Shown here piece after piece: positions 24,040 through 36,747 of a stretch of DNA of 59,418 nucleotides. The notes beneath the pieces are model-generated. The model saw only the letters and a list, made by a program, of their open reading frames with translations, ran no database searches and was not told where the DNA came from. How positions within the stretch are numbered: the first letter of the stretch is position 1; every line of letters begins with the position of its first letter. Origin of the DNA: an uncultured Actinomycetes bacterium (lineage in GTDB: Bacteria > Chloroflexota > Dormibacteria > Dormibacterales > Dormibacteraceae); the NCBI GenBank assembly GCA_964461175.1, contig CAYWTI010000247.1, positions 1 through 59,418 on the forward strand, given 5' to 3'. The translations under genes were made by a program, and so were the position numbers.

Positions 24040-25551
24040 TCAGGCGACCGCAGTCGCCTTCGAAGGCACCAGGTCGGCCTTCGATTCTCGCAGCGCGGGC
24101 AGCGTCAGATGGACGCGAAGCGTCCCCAAGCCGTCGAAGTCCGCCCACAGGCGGCCTTTCATCGCCGCCGCGAGCTCGCGCGAGATCGCAAGGCCGAGGC
24201 CGACTCCGCCCGCGGCCGCGGAACGCGACGGGTCGGCACGGTAAAAGCGGTCGAACATGCGGTCAGGGTCGGGGCGGTGCGGCCCGGCGGGGTTGGAGAT
24301 CACCGTCTCCACCGCGGCGCCGCTCAGCCGCGCCTCGGCCGTGATCGTCGAGCCGTCGGGCGCGTACTTGAGCGCGTTGTCCAGCAGGTTGTCGAGGACC
24401 TGGTGCAGCCGCTCCGGGTCCGCCGCCACCGGCGGGATATCGCGTGGCACGTTCAGCGCCAGCGCGAGGGACCGCGCGCCGGCGCGCGGCTTGGCGATCT
24501 CCAGCTCCTGCTCGAGCTGGCCGCCTAGGTCGACCGACGTGATGTGCATGGAGATGGAACCCGCCTCGACGCGCGCGAGATCCAGCAGCTCCTGCGCCAT
24601 GCGCAGAACGCGCTCCGACTCCTCGTGCACGATCGTCGCGGCGCGCGTGCGCTCGGCGTCCGACTGCAGGCTGCCGTCGACCAGCGCCTGGCTGAAGCCG
24701 ATGAGGCTCGTCAGCGGCGTCTTCAGCTCGTGGGAGACGTTGGCGAGGAAGTCGCGCTGGACCTTGCGCGCGCGTTCCACGGCCTCGGCCATGCGGTTGA
24801 ACGCCGAGCCGAGCATGCCGATCTCGTCCTCGCCGGCGATGCTGACCCGGCGCGAGTAGTTGCCGGCGGCGATGTCCTCGGCCGCGGAGCCGAGCTGGGT
24901 CAGCGGCTGGGTCATCGAACGGCTGACCAGCAGGATCAGCACCATGGCCACGACCAGCGCCGCGCCGCCTGCCTCCAGCAGGCGCTTCGCAAGGTCGCCG
25001 GCGGCCGCCGTCGCGATGAACGCCTGTGGCTGCGCGAGGGCGACGTACGAGGCACCGAGCGGGTCGATTCGTTTGCCGGGCAGCCTGAGCGCCGCCGCGA
25101 GGTACGGCTGGTCGCCCAGCGACGTGCGCGCCTCGAGCACGTTGGCGAACCGCGTCGACTGCGTGAGCGGGATCTGCGTGCCCACCGCGTCGCCGGCCGA
25201 GCTGTCGTAGACGACGAAGCGCTGGTCGTCGAGAAGGAGAAGGCGAGCCCCGGTCAGGCGCGTCGCGCCGGAGTTCAACCGCTCCTGGAAGGCCTCCGCC
25301 GATGCCGGCCGGCAGACCCCGGTGCCGGCCTGCGGCACGACACATTCCTGCACGCGCACGGCGGCCGCGGCGACCGTGATCTGGCGGTCGAGCTGGTCCT
25401 GGACGCTCTGGAACTCGAGATCGCGGACCAGCACCCACGTCAGAGCGCCGGCGAGCAACAGGCTCATGGCGACGATGCCGGCGGCGGCGGCGAGCAGGCG
25501 GAGACGGAGGCTCAGGTGCCTGCCAGCTCCAGCCGGTACCCGACACCCCAC
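24040..25551 (-). CDS. Two-component sensor histidine kinase (two TM segments, HAMP, HisKA, HATPase)
   Basis: H-box FLANVSHELKTPLTSL, N-box LDNALKY and G-box GGVGLGLAISRE. The start is either GTG 25551 or CTG 25515, which overlaps the regulator TGA (CTGA). Confidence 0.9.
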   Translation of the reverse strand: MGCRVPAGAGRHLSLRLRLLAAAAGIVAMSLLLAGALTWVLVRDLEFQSVQDQLDRQITVAAAAVRVQECVVPQAGTGVCRPASAEAFQERLNSGATRLTGARLLLLDDQRFVVYDSSAGDAVGTQIPLTQSTRFANVLEARTSLGDQPYLAAALRLPGKRIDPLGASYVALAQPQAFIATAAAGDLAKRLLEAGGAALVVAMVLILLVSRSMTQPLTQLGSAAEDIAAGNYSRRVSIAGEDEIGMLGSAFNRMAEAVERARKVQRDFLANVSHELKTPLTSLIGFSQALVDGSLQSDAERTRAATIVHEESERVLRMAQELLDLARVEAGSISMHITSVDLGGQLEQELEIAKPRAGARSLALALNVPRDIPPVAADPERLHQVLDNLLDNALKYAPDGSTITAEARLSGAAVETVISNPAGPHRPDPDRMFDRFYRADPSRSAAAGGVGLGLAISRELAAAMKGRLWADFDGLGTLRVHLTLPALRESKADLVPSKATAVA

Positions 25552-26222
25552 ACGGTCTGGATGCTCGGGTCCGTGACCTTGGCGGCGGCCAGCTTCTCCC
25601 TCACCTGCTGCACGTGCACGTCGACGGTGCGCGTATAGCCCGGGAAGTCGTAGCCCCAGACGAGGTCGAGCAGCTCGCTGCGCTGGAACACGCGGCCGGG
25701 GTGACGCGCTAGCAGCGCCAGCAGGTCGAACTCCTTCGGGCGCAGGTGGACGCGCTCGCTGCCGTACCGCACCTCGTGGCGCTCGATGTCGACCTCGAGC
25801 TTGCCGGCGCGGACGAGCTTGGGCTGGTCCGGCTCCGTGCGCGCTCGGCGCAGCAGCGCCTTCGCGCGCGCGACCAGTTCCTGCGGGTGGGAGGGCTTCG
25901 TCAGGTAGTCGTCGGCGCCGACCTCGAGGCCGACGACCTTGTCGGTCACCTCGTCGCGCGCGGTCAGCATGATGATCGGGACCTGGCTCTGCTTGCGAAT
26001 CTCCTTGCAGATGGTGAGCCCGTCGCTGCCCGGCAGCATGATGTCGAGGATGACGAGGTCGGGCTTGACCTGACCGAAACGCGCGACCGCCTGCGCCCCG
26101 TCCCCCACTCCCTCGACCTCGTAGCCCTCGCGCGCCAGGTAGAGGCGCGCCAGCTCGACGATGTGCTTCTCGTCGTCGACGACGAGGATCTTCGAGGTCA
26201 TCGCGGCACCCATGACGAACAA
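25512..26222 (-). CDS. OmpR/PhoB-family response regulator
   Basis: KILVVDDE, VILDIMLPGSDG, LTARD, KP, and a winged-helix C-terminus (RVFQRSELLDLVWGYDF...VDVHVQQVREKL). The likely start is ATG 26201 (MTSKILVVDD) rather than TTG 26222. Confidence 0.93.
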   Translation of the reverse strand: MFVMGAAMTSKILVVDDEKHIVELARLYLAREGYEVEGVGDGAQAVARFGQVKPDLVILDIMLPGSDGLTICKEIRKQSQVPIIMLTARDEVTDKVVGLEVGADDYLTKPSHPQELVARAKALLRRARTEPDQPKLVRAGKLEVDIERHEVRYGSERVHLRPKEFDLLALLARHPGRVFQRSELLDLVWGYDFPGYTRTVDVHVQQVREKLAAAKVTDPSIQTVWGVGYRLELAGT

Positions 26223-26279
26223 TTCATCACCACGGGGTCAACCGCCTGTCTTACATGTGTCATGGAAATGTAAGCGGCG

Positions 26280-27605
26280 CTATTTTGCCGCCCGCAGCAC
26301 GAGCTTCAGCGGGTTCCCGGTCAGGCCGAAGCGCTCGCGGATCTTCTTCTCCAGGTACCGCCGGTACGAAAAGTGCAGGAGGTTCGTGTCGTTGACGAAC
26401 AGCACCACGGTCGGTTCGTCGTCGGATGACTGCGTGGCGTAGTTGAGCCGCAGGCGCTTGCCTTTGAACGTCGGCGGCGGATGCTCCTCGAAGGCGGCGC
26501 GGAGCACCCGGTTCAGCTCGTTCGGCGCCATCTTGATCCGGCGCTGGCCGACGACCTCGAGGCCTGCGGGCAGCACGGAGCCGATCCCCTCCCGCGTCTT
26601 GGCCGAAACAGCGACCACGGGTGAGAAGGTCGCGAACTTGAACTCCGACGCCAGTGCCTTGCGCCAGTGCGCGGGCTTGCGCATGGCGGGCTCAACGAGG
26701 TCGATCTTGTTGACCACGATCACGAGCCCCTTCCCCGCCTCGAGCGCGTAGCCGGCGACGTGCTGGTCCTGCGCCAGCACGCCAGTCGACGCGTCGACGA
26801 CCAGCAGCACGGCGTCCGCGCGCTCCATGGCGTTGATCCCACGCAGCAGGCTGTAGCGCTCGAGGCGGTCGCGGCTCGACGACTTGCGGCGGATGCCGGC
26901 GGTGTCGATGAGCACGACGGGCACGCCGTCGAAGGTCATCTCGGTGTCGATGGGGTCGCGCGTGGTGCCGGGCGTAGGGCTGACCAACGCGCGCTCGTCA
27001 CCGAGCAGCGCGTTCAGCAGCGACGACTTGCCGACGTTCGGCCGGCCCATGATCGCGAGGCGGTCGGCCTTCGCGTCGTCACCGGCGGGCTCCCCGGGCG
27101 GCGGCAGCGTGTCGACGACGCGGTCTAGGAGGTCGCCCACGCCGAGCCCGTGCTGCGCGGAGATCAGCGACGGGTCGTCGAAGCCCAGGGCCAGGAGCTC
27201 GTGCGCGAAGTGCTGGTCGTTCGGCGAGTCCGCCTTGTTGGCGGCGACGATCAGGTTGCGCTTGGAGCGGCGGAGCATCTGCGCGATGTCGCGGTCGAGC
27301 GGCGTCAGCCCCTGCCGGACGTCGAGGAGAAACACGATCACGTCGGCCTGGTCGATGGCGACCTTCGTCTGCGCCTCGATGGCCGCGCGCGAAGGATCGT
27401 CCCTGGTTTCGAGGTCGAGGCCGGCCGTGTCGACGACCGTGAACTCTCGCCCGCGCCAGTCGGCGACGCCGTAAAGACGGTCACGCGTCAGGCCCGCCTC
27501 CCGGTCGACGATGGCCTTGCGCCATCCGATCACGCGGTTGAAGAGCGTCGACTTGCCTACGTTTGGACGGCCGACGATCGCGACAACTGGCCTCGCCACG
27601 CCCAC
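26280..27605 (-). CDS. der: Ribosome-biogenesis GTPase Der (EngA)
   Basis: Two tandem G-domains (GRPNVGKSTLFN and GRPNVGKSSLLN) and a KH-like C-terminus. The start is GTG 27605 or 27599. The upstream part of ORF 26280-27674 lies inside the MFS gene. Confidence 0.93.
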   Translation of the reverse strand: MGVARPVVAIVGRPNVGKSTLFNRVIGWRKAIVDREAGLTRDRLYGVADWRGREFTVVDTAGLDLETRDDPSRAAIEAQTKVAIDQADVIVFLLDVRQGLTPLDRDIAQMLRRSKRNLIVAANKADSPNDQHFAHELLALGFDDPSLISAQHGLGVGDLLDRVVDTLPPPGEPAGDDAKADRLAIMGRPNVGKSSLLNALLGDERALVSPTPGTTRDPIDTEMTFDGVPVVLIDTAGIRRKSSSRDRLERYSLLRGINAMERADAVLLVVDASTGVLAQDQHVAGYALEAGKGLVIVVNKIDLVEPAMRKPAHWRKALASEFKFATFSPVVAVSAKTREGIGSVLPAGLEVVGQRRIKMAPNELNRVLRAAFEEHPPPTFKGKRLRLNYATQSSDDEPTVVLFVNDTNLLHFSYRRYLEKKIRERFGLTGNPLKLVLRAAK

Positions 27606-28672
27606 AGGATTGCAGAGGCGATGAGACTCAGCACGCCGCCGAAGGCCATGGCCGCCCCAGGGCTGGCCGCCCACAGCACGCCGGCGACCACGCTCGAGGC
27701 CAGGTCGCCGGCGCCGTTGATCCCGTTGACGACGCCGAACGCGGTCCCCAGCTTGGGCTCGTCAACGAGCGATCCGGAGAGCGAGCCCTCCATCGCCGAC
27801 ACGATCGGCGACTGCGCGCCCACGAGCACGGCGAGCAGCGCGACGGCGGCGTAGCCGTGCCCGACGGCGCCGACGATGCAGGCGAGGGCGAACGTCGCGT
27901 ACGCCGCGGCAAGGACCGGAGCCTTGCCGATGCGGTCGGCCAGCGACCCCGCCGGAAATGAAACGGCGGTTCCGACCGCGTTGTGGGCGAGGTAAAACGC
28001 CACCGCACCGGCGATCGCAGCCGGGCGCGCGAGCTCCGGCTGTAGCATCTGCGCGACTCGGAGGGTGAAGAACGCGGTCGCGAAGTTGCCCGTGCCGAAT
28101 ATGGCGATGGGCACCATCAGGCGCCAGAACGCCGAAGGCAGCTTGAAGTCGGGCGGCTTGGCCCGGTTCGCACCACGTCGTGGATCGCGAGTCAGGGCCG
28201 CGAAAGCGGCGAACGCGAGGACGGCGGGGACGATCGCCACCGCGAAGACCGTCCGGAACCCATGCCCGGTCGCCAGCAGCGTGAACGCAACCGCCGGTCC
28301 GATCAGCGCCCCGGCGGTGTCGAGGGCCTCGTGGAACCCGAAGGCCTTGCCGAGGTCGCGCTTGTCGACCGAGCCGGCGAGCATCGCGTTGCGGATGGGC
28401 TGGCGCACGCCGCGGCCCATCCACGCGAACGCGCGCGATATCAGCACCTGGGGCCACGTCGCCACGGCGACGAGCAGCGAAAAGCCGAAGCCGGTCGCGG
28501 CGTAGCCGCCCGCCGCCAGTGACTTGCGCCACACGATGCGGTCGCTGTACCAGCCGCTCCAGACCTTGACGAGCGCCGAGGAGCCGTCGGCCACGCCCTC
28601 CACCAGCCCGACGGCGATCACCGGCGCGCCGAGGCCCGCGGTGATGAAAAGCGGCAGAACCGCGAGCACCAT
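27557..28672 (-). CDS. MFS transporter (minimum extent; true start probably at about 28762)
   Basis: Multiple TM segments. The frame upstream of ATG 28672 stays open and encodes VVRWLNRNVVGIGLADLAADANYE, a typical MFS N-terminus and TM1, with high G/C at third positions. It contains no ATG/GTG/TTG. ATA 28762-28760 overlaps the JAMM TAG (ATAG). Confidence 0.8.
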   Translation of the reverse strand: MVLAVLPLFITAGLGAPVIAVGLVEGVADGSSALVKVWSGWYSDRIVWRKSLAAGGYAATGFGFSLLVAVATWPQVLISRAFAWMGRGVRQPIRNAMLAGSVDKRDLGKAFGFHEALDTAGALIGPAVAFTLLATGHGFRTVFAVAIVPAVLAFAAFAALTRDPRRGANRAKPPDFKLPSAFWRLMVPIAIFGTGNFATAFFTLRVAQMLQPELARPAAIAGAVAFYLAHNAVGTAVSFPAGSLADRIGKAPVLAAAYATFALACIVGAVGHGYAAVALLAVLVGAQSPIVSAMEGSLSGSLVDEPKLGTAFGVVNGINGAGDLASSVVAGVLWAASPGAAMAFGGVLSLIASAILWAWRGQLSRSSAVQT

Positions 28673-28758
28673 CTCGTAGTTGGCGTCGGCCGCGAGGTCG
28701 GCCAGCCCGATGCCGACGACGTTGCGGTTCAGCCACCGGACAACCGGCGGCGCCTCGA

Positions 28759-29172
28759 CTATTCGACCACCTCGAGCTGCTCGCGCAGCATCGGACCGCG
28801 GTCCTTCTGGGCGACGAAGGCATTCACGTCCGTGGGCTCACCGTCGCGGACGGACACGATCACGTAGACGTAGCTCTCCCACGAACGCTCGGTGTCGAAT
28901 ACCGACGGCTCGGCCGGGTGGTTTGGATGGCTGTGGTAGTAGCCGAGGACGTCAAGGTCCGTCCTGTACAGCGACTTCCGGATCCGCATGTCCTCGCGAT
29001 CGTCGATCAGGTAGCGCACGTGCGGGTTCTGCATCTCGAGGTTCTGCACCGGCCGCACCTCGGTGATCAGCTTCTCGTCGGGGTGGCCGATGAGCAGCCC
29101 ACAGATCTCGTATGGAAAACCGTCGGCGCCGTGGGCGCGGATCGCGTCGAACGCCTGGCGCCGGATCCTCAC
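28759..29172 (-). CDS. JAMM/MPN+ metalloprotease (Mec-like)
   Basis: 137 aa from GTG 29172, which overlaps the cysM TGA (GTGA). EICGLLIG plus HSHPNHPAEPSVFD is a complete E...HxHx7Sx2D JAMM motif. Confidence 0.85.
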   Translation of the reverse strand: MRIRRQAFDAIRAHGADGFPYEICGLLIGHPDEKLITEVRPVQNLEMQNPHVRYLIDDREDMRIRKSLYRTDLDVLGYYHSHPNHPAEPSVFDTERSWESYVYVIVSVRDGEPTDVNAFVAQKDRGPMLREQLEVVE

Positions 29173-30089
29173 GGCTTGCGGCCGTACAGCCCGGTCGAGA
29201 GATAGCGGTCGCCGGAGTCTGGGAACACGGTGACCACCACCCCCTCGTGCACGCCCGAGCGCGCGAGCTCGCGCACCGCCCACAGCGCGGCGCCGCTCGA
29301 GTGGCCGACGAGCAGGCCCTCGGTGCGCGCCAGCTCGCGCGCGAGGTCGTATGCGGGCTCGGTCGGCGCGCCCCAGACCTCGTCGGCGAGCGACGCGTCC
29401 CATATCCTCGGCACGATCGCCGTCGGCAGGTGCTTCAGCCCCTCGAGGCCGTGGAACGAGTCCTCGGGCTGCACGGCGATCGTCTTGATCGAAGCGTCGT
29501 GCTCCTTCAAACGCCGCGAGGTGCCGACGAAGGTGCCCGTCGTGCCCAGGCCGGCCACGAAGTGGGTGATGCGGCCGCCCGTCTGCTCCAGGATCTCGAC
29601 CGCGGTGCCCTCGTAGTGGGCGCGCGGGTTCGCCGGGTTCGAGTACTGGTCGGGATAGAAATACGCGCGCGGGTTCAGCTCGACGAGCTCGCGGACCTTC
29701 ACGATGGCGCCGTCGGAGCCGTCGCCGGCGTCGCTGTAGACGATCTCCGCGCCGTAGGCGGTGACCAGCGTCTTGCGCTCGGCGCTGACGTTGCCCGGCA
29801 TGACGAGCTTCACGCGGTAGCCCTTCGCCGCGCCCATCAAGGCGTAGGCGATGCCCGTGTTGCCGGACGTCGAGTCCACGATCGTGCGCTCCCTGGTCAG
29901 AGCGCCACGCCGCTCGCCGTCCTCGATCATCGCCAGCGCCGCGCGGTCCTTGACCGAGCCGCCGGGGTTGAACCACTCGGCCTTGGCGTAGACCTCGAGC
30001 CGCGGGAACTCGCGTTCGAACACCCGCACGCGCAACAGCGGCGTGTTGCCGACGAGCTTGGTGATGCCGGGACTGACGAGTGCCGCCAT
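29169..30089 (-). CDS. cysM: Cysteine synthase family PLP enzyme (CysM/CysK-like)
   Basis: 306 aa from ATG 30089. LVGNTPLLRV, NPGGSVKDRAAL (PLP lysine), STSGNTGIA and GLGTTGTF. The CysM versus CysK assignment rests only on the adjacent JAMM gene. Confidence 0.88.
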   Translation of the reverse strand: MAALVSPGITKLVGNTPLLRVRVFEREFPRLEVYAKAEWFNPGGSVKDRAALAMIEDGERRGALTRERTIVDSTSGNTGIAYALMGAAKGYRVKLVMPGNVSAERKTLVTAYGAEIVYSDAGDGSDGAIVKVRELVELNPRAYFYPDQYSNPANPRAHYEGTAVEILEQTGGRITHFVAGLGTTGTFVGTSRRLKEHDASIKTIAVQPEDSFHGLEGLKHLPTAIVPRIWDASLADEVWGAPTEPAYDLARELARTEGLLVGHSSGAALWAVRELARSGVHEGVVVTVFPDSGDRYLSTGLYGRKP

Positions 30090-30115
30090 GCCGCGAAAAA
30101 GGATACGGAGCGGCT

Positions 30116-30358
30116 TCAGCCGGCGAAGTGGGCGATGATCGCGCTGCCGAGCACGAACACCCCGGCGACCCCGTATCCGATCAGCGAGCGGCGGTAGACC
30201 GATCCGCCCTCCGGCCACAGGATGTTGAGGATCGCCTTGCCGATGAGGAAGCCGCCGCCCAGCAGCGCGACCGGCGCCCATCCCTCGAGCACGCCGATCA
30301 GCAGGACAAGGCTCGCGACCGCCACCTCGAACAGCTGCAGAAGCGTGTAGGCGGACAC
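30116..30358 (-). CDS. Small integral membrane protein (80 aa, about three TM segments), unknown function
   Basis: MSAYTLLQLFEVAVASLVLLIGVLEGWAPVALLGGGFLIGKAILNILWP...GVAGVFVLGSAIIAHFAG. GTG start lies 4 nt after the upstream stop. No family recognised. Confidence 0.55.
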   Translation of the reverse strand: MSAYTLLQLFEVAVASLVLLIGVLEGWAPVALLGGGFLIGKAILNILWPEGGSVYRRSLIGYGVAGVFVLGSAIIAHFAG

Positions 30359-30362
30359 GCGG

Positions 30363-33711
<3,349 letters not shown>

Positions 33712-33855
33712 GCCGACGGACGCGAACAGCGTCAGGCGCTCGCGCCGACGCCGGCGCTTCGCGCGCGTGAAGGTTTTCCGTTCTGCGACGTGGGCTGGGA
33801 CTGGATCGACCCCCTCAGGGATTTGTCGCCGGGATTCTAACTAAATGAGGTTCAG

Positions 33856-35031
33856 CTAAGACGCGGGCGCGTGCTCCGGCGCGGTGGCTGGTGGCGGCGG
33901 CATCGCCGGCACGGGGACGGTCGTCGGTTCGCCAAGCCGCGACGCCAGCTGATCGCTCGCGGCCTCCATCGTCTGCAGCGCGGTGGCGTCGTCCTTGCCG
34001 TTCATGAACACCGGCTGCCCGTAGTCGTAGATGCGATACGCCTTCCATGTCGCGGCGACGAGCTTGGTGCCATAGAAGGTGTACGTGCCGATCACGCCCT
34101 CGCGCGTCTCCTCCGACCACATCTGGTCGAAGACGAAGTTGCCGTGCGCGTAGGTGATCAGCTTGCCCTTGTACACCTCGACGCCCTGGTACCAGTGCGG
34201 GTGGTTGCCGATGACGATGTCGGCGCCCCAGTCGATGGCGTCATGGCCGATGGTCACTGGATCGTCGGGGGTGGGCACGCCGCGATCCGGCATGGGCTGC
34301 CGCTCGTACTCCTTGCCCCAGTGGAACTGCACGACGACGACGTCGGCGAGCTGGCGCGCCCTTTCGATCCCGGCCTTGAGCGCCGTCTTGTCGATGGCCC
34401 TGCCCACGCCGTTGAAGCCGATGAACCCGAACTTGATGCCGCGCACGTCGATCACGGCGACCGGACCCAATCCCGATGTCTGGATGCCGTGCTTCTGCAG
34501 CAGCTGGTCGGTGAGCGTGACGCCCTGGGCGCCGTAGTTCGTCAGGTGGTTGTTGGCGAGGTTCGCGACGTCGGCGCCCATGAGCGTGAGGCCGTCGACG
34601 AAGCGCGCGTCGCCGCAGAAGGTGAAGGTCGGGCCCGGGTTGACCGGGCAGCCCGCAAAGAGCGGCGATTCGAGGTTGATGTACGTGACGTCCGCGTTGC
34701 GCGTGTAGTCCGCGGTGCGGCGGAACGGCCACAGGTAATCGTGCTTGAGGGTGGCGAAGTAGTCGACCCCACGTGCCGGGATCACGTCGCCGGTGACGAG
34801 CAGCGTGCGGAACTTGCTCGGGTCGTTGCCGACCACGTACTTCGGATGGAAGAGCTCCTCGAGGCTGAGCTCCGGTATCGGGTTCGTGCGGTCGGCGAAC
34901 GGCGGCTGGTCGACCTGCATCGGCGCGTAGAGCTCGCGACCACTCGAGGCGACGTGGGTGGACGCGATGGGGGTCGCCTGGTTGCACGCCACCACGACGA
35001 GGACCAGGGCCAGGTACCGAACGGGTCTCAC
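33856..35031 (-). CDS. CapA/PGA_cap family metallophosphatase-like lipoprotein
   Basis: 391 aa. Lipobox LVLVVVAC, then NLESPL, NLANNH and IGNHPHW. GTG 35031 overlaps the upstream TGA (GTGA). Confidence 0.85.
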   Translation of the reverse strand: MRPVRYLALVLVVVACNQATPIASTHVASSGRELYAPMQVDQPPFADRTNPIPELSLEELFHPKYVVGNDPSKFRTLLVTGDVIPARGVDYFATLKHDYLWPFRRTADYTRNADVTYINLESPLFAGCPVNPGPTFTFCGDARFVDGLTLMGADVANLANNHLTNYGAQGVTLTDQLLQKHGIQTSGLGPVAVIDVRGIKFGFIGFNGVGRAIDKTALKAGIERARQLADVVVVQFHWGKEYERQPMPDRGVPTPDDPVTIGHDAIDWGADIVIGNHPHWYQGVEVYKGKLITYAHGNFVFDQMWSEETREGVIGTYTFYGTKLVAATWKAYRIYDYGQPVFMNGKDDATALQTMEAASDQLASRLGEPTTVPVPAMPPPPATAPEHAPAS

Positions 35032-35357
35032 CGGACGGGAAGCTTAGCGAGCAGGTCCTCGATAGTCATCAGCCGCGCGACGTAGGACCGCACCGGCTCA
35101 CCGAGGTCCCCCGCCGCCCGAAAGACGCGCTCGTTGCCTTCGGCGCGACGCGTGGCGAGCATGGTCGCGAGGTTCCGGTCGAGCGCGCCGCGTGCGAGCG
35201 CGACCTCGACGACGCTGCCGACCCAGGACGCGTAGAGCGCGACCTCCTGGCGGCGAGGATCCGGCCCCGTGCCCGGAGCCGGCGAGTGCGTGTGCTCGAA
35301 CCACAGGCGGCGGAGACGAAGGACGTCCTCGCCCGCGCCGTCGCTAGCCGGGCTCAC
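35028..35357 (-). CDS. Hypothetical protein (109 aa)
   Basis: The ORF is wedged between icd and capA with overlaps at both ends (14 nt, and GTGA). No family recognised. Confidence 0.45.
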   Translation of the reverse strand: MSPASDGAGEDVLRLRRLWFEHTHSPAPGTGPDPRRQEVALYASWVGSVVEVALARGALDRNLATMLATRRAEGNERVFRAAGDLGEPVRSYVARLMTIEDLLAKLPVR

Positions 35358-36441
35358 CTGCCTTCAGCTGCGCGATCACGGCGTCCGCCACCTGGCTCGT
35401 GCCCACCGAGGTCGGGTCGTCGCGCTTCTCCTTCAGGTCGTAGGTCACGTTCTCGCCGAGCGCGATGACGTTGGCGATCGCCTTCTCCAGCGCGTCTGCG
35501 GCAGCGGCCTCCTCGAGGTAGCGCAGCATCATCACCCCGGACAGCATCACCGCCATCGGGTTGACCTTGTTCTGGCCGGCGTACTTGGGCGCGCTGCCGT
35601 GCGTCGCCTCGAAGACGGCGCCATTGGTGCCGATGTTCGCTCCGGGGGCCAGCCCGAGACCACCGATCATGCCGGCGCCAAGGTCCGAGATGATGTCGCC
35701 GTAGAGGTTCGGGCAGCACAGCACGTCGTACTCCTTCGGCCGGAGGACGAGCTGCATGCACATGTTGTCGACGATGCGGTCCTCGAACTGGATGTCGGTG
35801 TTGCGCTCCGCGACCCGTCGCGCCACCGCGAGGAACAGCCCGTCGGTGTGCTTCATGATGTTGGCCTTGTGCACGGCCGTCACCTTGCGGCGGCCGTTCC
35901 GGCGCGCGTAGTCGAAAGCGAACTGCACGATCCGCTCGCTGCCGCTGATCGAGATCGGCTTGATCGAGAGGCCGCTGTCCGGGCGGATCTTCTTCTTCGC
36001 GAGTCCCGAGATCTCGTCGATGAGGTGCGCGGCGTCGGCCGTCCCCTGCTCGAACTCGATCCCGGCGTAGATGTCCTCGGTGTTCTCGCGGACGATGATG
36101 AAGTCGAGGTCGTCGCGCAGGTTGCGCGCCCCCTTGTACGCCTTCACCGGGCGGACGAGGGCGTAGAGGTCCAGCGCCTGCCGGAGGGCGACGTTGACGC
36201 TCCTGAAACCGCTTCCGATCGGCGTGGTGATCGGGCCCTTGAGCGCGACCTTGTGCTTGCGGATCGAGTCCAGCACCTTGTCCGGCAGCGGCGTACCGAA
36301 CTCGGCGATGGCGGCCTCGCCGGCGTTCTGGACGTCCCATTCGAACTCGACGCCGGTGGCTTCAAGGACGCGGCGCGAGGCCTCGCAGATCTCGGGGCCG
36401 ACGCCATCGCCGGGGATGAGCGTTACGGCGTGCTTACCCAA
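35344..36441 (-). CDS. icd: Isocitrate/isopropylmalate dehydrogenase family protein (NAD-IDH-like)
   Basis: 365 aa. [44 protein letters not shown] and [13 protein letters not shown] start. Substrate is not determinable from sequence alone. Confidence 0.85.
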   Translation of the reverse strand: MGKHAVTLIPGDGVGPEICEASRRVLEATGVEFEWDVQNAGEAAIAEFGTPLPDKVLDSIRKHKVALKGPITTPIGSGFRSVNVALRQALDLYALVRPVKAYKGARNLRDDLDFIIVRENTEDIYAGIEFEQGTADAAHLIDEISGLAKKKIRPDSGLSIKPISISGSERIVQFAFDYARRNGRRKVTAVHKANIMKHTDGLFLAVARRVAERNTDIQFEDRIVDNMCMQLVLRPKEYDVLCCPNLYGDIISDLGAGMIGGLGLAPGANIGTNGAVFEATHGSAPKYAGQNKVNPMAVMLSGVMMLRYLEEAAAADALEKAIANVIALGENVTYDLKEKRDDPTSVGTSQVADAVIAQLKAGEPG

Positions 36442-36473
36442 CCCGTTCAGCGATCAGCGAGATGGCGGCGCAA

Positions 36474-36719
36474 CTACCGGTTTTTGAAGTAGTCGGCGTT
36501 GATCTGGATGAAATTGCGCCACTGCTCCGGGACCTCGTCTTCGGGAAAGATCGCGTCCACGGGGCAGGGATCGACGCAGGCGCCGCAGTCGATGCACTCG
36601 TCAGGGTCGATGTAGTACATGTTCGCCGCGTCGTCGGTGTGAATACAGTCGACCGGGCAAACTTCGACGCAGGAGGCGTCTTTTACGTCGATACAAGGCT
36701 GAGCGATGACGTAAGCCAC
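36474..36719 (-). CDS. fdxA: 7Fe-type (3Fe-4S/4Fe-4S) ferredoxin
   Basis: AYVIAQPCIDVKDASCVEVCPVDCIH...YIDPDECIDCGACVDPCPVDAIF. GTG 36719 gives the family-typical (M)AYVI N-terminus. A longer alternative starts at ATG 36737. The gene is visibly less GC-rich than its neighbours. Confidence 0.9.
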   Translation of the reverse strand: MAYVIAQPCIDVKDASCVEVCPVDCIHTDDAANMYYIDPDECIDCGACVDPCPVDAIFPEDEVPEQWRNFIQINADYFKNR

Positions 36720-36747
36720 GTTCCGCAAGGGTACCATGCACCGTTAA

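Noticed and set aside
26250-26274. The inverted repeat cttacat-N11-atgtaag between the der stop and the response-regulator start.
   Set aside because: It is a short 7-bp AT-rich stem with no T-tract. It could be a der terminator or a regulator binding site, but the sequence alone cannot discriminate, and no second copy is present.
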